This document shows, piece by piece, positions 26,627-31,452 of a stretch of 31,452 nucleotides of DNA; the first letter of the stretch is position 1; every line of letters begins with the position of its first letter. This DNA comes from Promethearchaeota archaeon (GTDB taxonomy: Archaea > Asgardarchaeota > Lokiarchaeia > Sigyniarchaeales > SOKP01): the NCBI GenBank assembly GCA_048941285.1, contig JBHLNS010000039.1:1-31452 (forward strand), written 5' to 3'. The notes under the pieces are model-generated. The model was not told where the DNA came from, made no database searches, and saw only the letters and a program-made list of their open reading frames with translations. The position numbers and the translations under genes are program-made.

Positions 26627-28780
26627 ATGAGTTGCCATTTACCTAAGACGTCAAAACAAAAATCTGATTATGGATATAAGAATTCAATTAATATAGCCTT
26701 AGCAGGTAATCCAAATGTTGGAAAATCAGTTATATTTAATCAATTAACGGGACTTTCACAGACGATTGGAAACTGGCCTGGAAAAACAGTAGAAAAAATG
26801 GAAGGACACTTAGAATTTTATGGTTATCATTTTAATATTGTTGATTTACCAGGTATTTATTCATTATCAACATATACTATAGAGGAAATTGTAAGTAGAG
26901 AGTTTATTGTATCTGAAGATGTTGATATAATAATAAATGTGATAGATGCTACAAATTTGGAACGCAATTTATTTTTTACATTTCAGCTTTTAGAGTTAAA
27001 TGTGCCAATGATCCTTGCTATAAATCAAATGGATATTTTGCATAAAAGAAATGTCGATTTGGATTTTAAAGCGTTAGAAGATATTTTTAAATTACCAGTT
27101 CTGCCTGTAGTTGCTGTACATGGGATTGGTGTTCATCGACTGCTTGAAAAAGCAATAGAAATGGTATTTCATCACCGTCCTCATAGACACCAAAAACAAA
27201 GCAAAAATAAACCACATAAACATCATTCACACTATTATCATCAGCACGTTCATGACCATAAAAAGGTAATATCATTGCCATTATTAAAAAATGAATTTCA
27301 TTTTCCTGACTTATCTGGTTTAGTTTATTTCGGCAAAGAAGTCGAGACTAAAATTAAAGAATTGAAAGACTTTGTTCATGCTAATCAGCAATTCATTACA
27401 AATTCAAGTTATCCTTTAAGGTTTTTAGCAATAAAGCTCTTAGAAGATGACGCAGAAATCAAAAAATTGTTTAAACATAGTAAAATATCCTCAAAAATTA
27501 TTCAATTAGCTACTACTCTGCGGAGTGAAATTGAAGAGATTCATGGAGAAGATATTAGCACTATCATATCCTCAGAAATTTATAATAATATTAATAAAGT
27601 AACAAAAAAGGTTTTTGTAGTAACATCCGGAAAACAAGCTAAAAAGATTTCTATTTCAGATAAAATAGATCATCTCACTACTCATTCTATATTTGGATAT
27701 ATCATTTTAATCTTAGCAATAATTGGCATCTATATTTTTACCTTTTCAATAGGTAATTTTCTTGGTGGATTATTAGATGGTTGGTATGGTTTTTGGACTG
27801 AAGGTATTTATTCACTATTAGGTGAAAATTCTTTATTTGTAAAAATATTCTGGGATGGAGGTATGGGGGGATTAATCGGCGCAATCGGTGGTGTCCTAGT
27901 TTATGTAATACCCTTTTTCTTTATCATTGAAATATTGCAAGATTCAGGATATTTACCAAGAGCAGCATTTTTAATGGATAGAATTATGCACTTAATTGGA
28001 GTCCACGGAAAAACAATAATTCCAATGATTTTAGGTTTTGGCTGTAATGTGCCTGCCTGTGCAGGTTGTAAAATAATGGAGACTGAAAGGGAAAAAAAAA
28101 TATCTATTGTTTTAACCTCTCTCATACCCTGTGCGGCAACAATGACAGTCGTAATGGGATTGGTGGGAAGATATTTAGGTTTTGGATGGGTTGTTTTCCT
28201 TTTTATAATAAATTTTTCAGTAATCTTAATCGTAGGTAGGATTTTGAATAAAATTATCCCCGGAGAATGCACTGAATTAATCATGGAAATGCATGAATAT
28301 AGAATACCAAATTATAATGTTATCGCAAAGCAGACATGGTTAAGGAGTAAAGAATTTATTTTTAGAGCACTTCCCATTATAGTAATACTAGGTATTTTTT
28401 TAGAAATTTTATTAATTTTTAATGCGTTAGAACCAGTAAATCTTTTATTATATCCAATTTCCGTATTTTGGTTAGGATTACCTGCTGCTACAGGTATTTT
28501 TTTAATATATGGAATCCTACGTAAAGAATTAACACTAGTTCTTCTGGCTCTCTTTGCAGAGAATTTGGGGATTACTCTTTTAGAACTTTTAACTCCTATT
28601 CAGATGATAGTATTTAGTTTAGTAACAATGCTTTATATCCCATGTTTCGCAACTATTATAATTATTGCAAAACAAACAAATTGGAAATATGCACTAAAGA
28701 TTTCAGCAATGGAAATTGTAATAGCTTTGCTCATTGGAGGGATTGTAAATTGGGGATTTATCTTGTTTAACCTCTTGTAA
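26627..28780 (+). CDS. feoB: Ferrous iron transport protein B with His-rich insert
   Basis: GNPNVGKS, GNWPGKTVE, DLPGIYSL, NQMD, DSGYLPRAAFLMDR, GFGCNVPA, YIPCFAT; multiple TM helices. Confidence 0.95.
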   Translation: MSCHLPKTSKQKSDYGYKNSINIALAGNPNVGKSVIFNQLTGLSQTIGNWPGKTVEKMEGHLEFYGYHFNIVDLPGIYSLSTYTIEEIVSREFIVSEDVDIIINVIDATNLERNLFFTFQLLELNVPMILAINQMDILHKRNVDLDFKALEDIFKLPVLPVVAVHGIGVHRLLEKAIEMVFHHRPHRHQKQSKNKPHKHHSHYYHQHVHDHKKVISLPLLKNEFHFPDLSGLVYFGKEVETKIKELKDFVHANQQFITNSSYPLRFLAIKLLEDDAEIKKLFKHSKISSKIIQLATTLRSEIEEIHGEDISTIISSEIYNNINKVTKKVFVVTSGKQAKKISISDKIDHLTTHSIFGYIILILAIIGIYIFTFSIGNFLGGLLDGWYGFWTEGIYSLLGENSLFVKIFWDGGMGGLIGAIGGVLVYVIPFFFIIEILQDSGYLPRAAFLMDRIMHLIGVHGKTIIPMILGFGCNVPACAGCKIMETEREKKISIVLTSLIPCAATMTVVMGLVGRYLGFGWVVFLFIINFSVILIVGRILNKIIPGECTELIMEMHEYRIPNYNVIAKQTWLRSKEFIFRALPIIVILGIFLEILLIFNALEPVNLLLYPISVFWLGLPAATGIFLIYGILRKELTLVLLALFAENLGITLLELLTPIQMIVFSLVTMLYIPCFATIIIIAKQTNWKYALKISAMEIVIALLIGGIVNWGFILFNLL

Positions 28781-28799
28781 TTTCCTAGTTGCTCTTAAT

Positions 28800-29120
28800 A
28801 CTAGTCAAAAAATCATAATAACTTATTCTGCATTGATCGGGGGAATTACACACATTTTATTAGATTTGTTTTATCATAAGTACGTTTATATATTATATCC
28901 ATGGTTAATAAGTCCGAATTTCAGCTTTTTATTTTACTCTTTTATAGATTTTGGCTTAATTACATTATAACCATTTAAATTTGAAACAAATCTTACTATA
29001 TATAATCTTTTATGGTTTGTGGAGACGATTATTACCCTAATCATTTCGCTCTATTATCTAAGATATATTAAAAAACATGAACTGATTCGATTTTGGTATG
29101 AGGAGATATATCCTAAATAA
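28800..29120 (+). pseudogene. 5'-truncated remnant of a membrane-bound metal-dependent hydrolase-like (YdjM/DUF4184-like) gene
   Basis: The frame reads TSQKIIITYSALIGGITHILLDLFYHKYVYILYPW...GLITL*PFKFETNLTIYNLLWFVETIITLIISLYYLRYIKKHELIRFWYEEIYPK*. No start upstream of the conserved part; in-frame TAA at 28968. Confidence 0.5.
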
Positions 29121-29187
29121 ACACAAACCTAAATTAAATGGTTAATTTATTTTAATTAATAGAGAATATAATTGAAAAATCTAACCA

Positions 29188-30612
29188 ATGTTTGTAGAAT
29201 ATTTCTATTATTTGAAAGAGCGCTTACCAATAAGTATTACCGAATATATGACTTTAATGGAAGCTCTCAATAAGGGACTTATCCATAACATGGTTGAATT
29301 TTACTATATCTCACGCTCAATATTGTGTAAAAATGAGCATCATTTTGATATCTATGATATTTCATTCGCAAATTTTTTCAAAGAAGCTATGTTAAAATTC
29401 CCAGAAGATATTAAACAAGAAATTTGGGATTGGCTCAATAAAGATATCACTCTTCCAGAGCTTATAGAAGGCTTACAACTAATTCTTCGTGAATATCAAG
29501 AATATATTAATATTGAAAATTTGGAGGAATTTCTCGAAGACCTTTTAGAAAAATATAAGGCAAAATTTGGTGATCGGGTATTAATAAATGCTCCAAATGA
29601 AATAAAGGATGAAATTTGGAAATGGTTAGAGAAAAATTTCGATTTATCTGAAGCAGGGGGTAGTTTCCAGGAAATGATGAGTCAATTTTTTGATCTCGAA
29701 GAAATGCAGAAAAGATTCGAAGAATTAATGCAAATGCAGGATGAAGAACATAATGGAGGGGATCATTGGATTGGTACTCAAGGTGCTTCTCCCTTTGGTC
29801 ATGGAGGACAAAATCCTATGGGAATGAGGGTTGGCGGTTCTTCAGGAATGCGGATGGCTATGCAGATTGCCCAAAAAAGAATTTTTAAGGATTATCGAAA
29901 AGATATCGTTCTTGATACAAGACAAATTAAGGTTGCCTTAAAGCGACTTAAAAAACTTGAAGAAATCGGGAAAAAAGATGAATTAGACTTGGATAAGACA
30001 ATTGATAAGACTGCTAAAAATTGTGGCGATATTGAAATTGTGTTTGATAAAAAAAGAAAAAACAATGTAAGAATGATTCTCTTAATGGATGTAGGAGGTA
30101 GTATGACCCCCTATGCTCATTTGGTCAATCTTCTTTTCTCAGCAGCTAATAATATGTCACACTGGCGCGAATTTAAATATTATTATTTCCACAATTGTAT
30201 TTATGAGTCACTTTACTTCAATGCTCGAAGGAATCCAGATGAAGCAATTGAATTCAATGAGTTTTTAAGAAAATATGATAATAAGTACAAAGTAGTGCTT
30301 GTTGGAGATGCTGCCATGGCAAGTTGGGAACTTACAGAGAAATATGGCTCGATTTATTATTATCATCGAAATGAATTACCTGGAATATATTATGTTAAAG
30401 AGCTCGCAAATCATTTTAAGAATAATGTTGTTTGGTTAAATCCTGAATTAATAAGACCTGAATGGGCACCTTGGACTCGAAAAATAATTTCAAGTATTAT
30501 ACCAATGTTCGATCTAACTGTTGAGGGAATTGAAGAAGCAATGGATTACCTTCGAAAAGGAGGTAAAAATATGTACACAACAGTTCAGCTGTTAAAAGGA
30601 TTAAATTATTAA
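29188..30612 (+). CDS. VWA-domain CoxE-like protein
   Basis: HNGGDHWIGTQGASPFGHGG, ELDLDKTID, MIDAS-like LMDVGGSM, YYFHNCIY, VGDAAM, WLNP. Confidence 0.85.
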   Translation: MFVEYFYYLKERLPISITEYMTLMEALNKGLIHNMVEFYYISRSILCKNEHHFDIYDISFANFFKEAMLKFPEDIKQEIWDWLNKDITLPELIEGLQLILREYQEYINIENLEEFLEDLLEKYKAKFGDRVLINAPNEIKDEIWKWLEKNFDLSEAGGSFQEMMSQFFDLEEMQKRFEELMQMQDEEHNGGDHWIGTQGASPFGHGGQNPMGMRVGGSSGMRMAMQIAQKRIFKDYRKDIVLDTRQIKVALKRLKKLEEIGKKDELDLDKTIDKTAKNCGDIEIVFDKKRKNNVRMILLMDVGGSMTPYAHLVNLLFSAANNMSHWREFKYYYFHNCIYESLYFNARRNPDEAIEFNEFLRKYDNKYKVVLVGDAAMASWELTEKYGSIYYYHRNELPGIYYVKELANHFKNNVVWLNPELIRPEWAPWTRKIISSIIPMFDLTVEGIEEAMDYLRKGGKNMYTTVQLLKGLNY

Positions 30613-30854
30613 GCAGTTATGGGTTTTGGTATTTTTTCTTTTAACATAATCTGTAGTATAAAAAACCTAATAAGTATCAATCTTATAGCTATTATCATTA
30701 TAGTATTTGCCATTTTTTTATCATATATATATTATGATGCCTGGTAAAGAAGAAAAAATCCAATTGATACCAAAAATGTTAAAATAAAAGCAACTATGCT
30801 TTCAATTATAAATACTTCATGAATATTTTCAAGCCATATAAAAAAATAATTTTA

Positions 30855-31451
30855 CTAAACTATTTTTTTAAGATTTATTAATTCTTTTAATGAGTCCAAA
30901 TTCACTATTGGATTCTTTTTAAGTTCAAGAATCTCTAATTTAGGCAATTCCCGTAGACCTTCTATTTTTCTTATTTTATTGTAGGAAAGATTTAAATATT
31001 TAAGGTTTATCAAATTTTCTAAACCACGAATTTCCTCAATTTTATTGTTGCTTAAATCTAAAGTTTCAAGATTAATTAAATTACTCAGGCCTTCAATATT
31101 CCTTATTTGGTTATTATTCAAAAGAAGTTCTTTTAACTGCTTGAGATGACTTAGATTTTCAATTTTAGAAATTTTATTTCCACTAAGTTCTAAATCTTCT
31201 AAATTAATAAGCGCTTCTAATCCATTTATTTCACTAATTAAATTAAATTCTAAATGGAGCTTTTTTAGGTTCACTAGCTTGTCTAAATGGTCAATTTTAG
31301 TAATTTTATTCTTTTCTAAATATAGCGCTTTTAGGTTGGAGTGCTGTTTCAGTTTCTTTATTTCTCCTATTCTGTGAATATTAAAACTTTCTAAATATAG
31401 ATTACCATTATTGATGAAAACTTTTTTCTTTCCAACTTTTGTATAATCCAT
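30855..31451 (-). CDS. Leucine-rich repeat protein (SDS22-like 22-aa repeats); may extend beyond the window
   Basis: About seven repeats of LxxLxLxxNxIxxIxxL. Confidence 0.88.
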   Translation of the reverse strand: MDYTKVGKKKVFINNGNLYLESFNIHRIGEIKKLKQHSNLKALYLEKNKITKIDHLDKLVNLKKLHLEFNLISEINGLEALINLEDLELSGNKISKIENLSHLKQLKELLLNNNQIRNIEGLSNLINLETLDLSNNKIEEIRGLENLINLKYLNLSYNKIRKIEGLRELPKLEILELKKNPIVNLDSLKELINLKKIV

Positions 31452-31452
31452 A

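Noticed and set aside
3394-28284. Short ORF-track entries overlapping real genes (e.g. 3394-3591, 3801-4052, 4451-4645, 7522-7719, 11938-12258, 14711-15061, 17382-17774, 18373-18582, 20281-20553, 24960-25193, 27901-28284)
   Set aside because: Antisense or off-frame to well-supported CDSs and without recognisable motifs.
30613-30840. Hydrophobic minus-strand frame (IWLENIHEVFIIESIVAFILTFLVSIGFFLLYQAS*...) as a small membrane gene or pseudogene
   Set aside because: No clear start, interrupted by TAA, no recognisable family; may reflect AT-rich composition.
1-31452. CRISPR arrays, tRNA/rRNA genes, transposases or integrases
   Set aside because: No regularly spaced repeats, GC-rich structural RNA blocks or mobile-element ORFs were seen by eye; tRNAscan/Infernal were not run.

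Overview
AT-rich archaeal window. The GGAGG/GGTGA ribosome-binding sites, Hdr/Mvh genes, SDS22-like LRR protein and selenocysteine usage fit Lokiarchaeia/Asgard archaea (inference). The left half (1-16.5 kb) is an anaerobic C1/electron-bifurcation cluster. It has an MtdA/MtdB-type methylene-H4MPT dehydrogenase fused to an unknown domain (missed by the ORF track) and a Zn-ribbon-hdrD-hdrA-mvhD-frhB operon. It also has a convergent hdrA that the ORF track splits; this is one 678-aa frame with two in-frame TGA codons at conserved Cys positions, followed by a 3' SECIS-like hairpin. Divergent from it is an operon encoding a winged-helix-HdrA-MvhD fusion plus MvhG and an MvhA with no C-terminal extension, a candidate H2/redox-sensing regulatory hydrogenase. 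The right half is an Fe-S/metal-handling cluster (3 NifX-like proteins, OsmC, polyferredoxin, DUF134, 2 ferredoxin-inserted MinD-type ATPases, Mrp, IscU, radical SAM, DtxR, DUF5320, DsrE, FeoA, His-rich FeoB). Five copies of the palindrome TGAATA-N2-TATTCA lie in its intergenic regions. Three genes appear to start at non-canonical codons (CTG, ATA, ATT), each exactly 6 nt after GGTGA. The window ends with a pseudogene remnant, a VWA/CoxE-like gene and an LRR gene.
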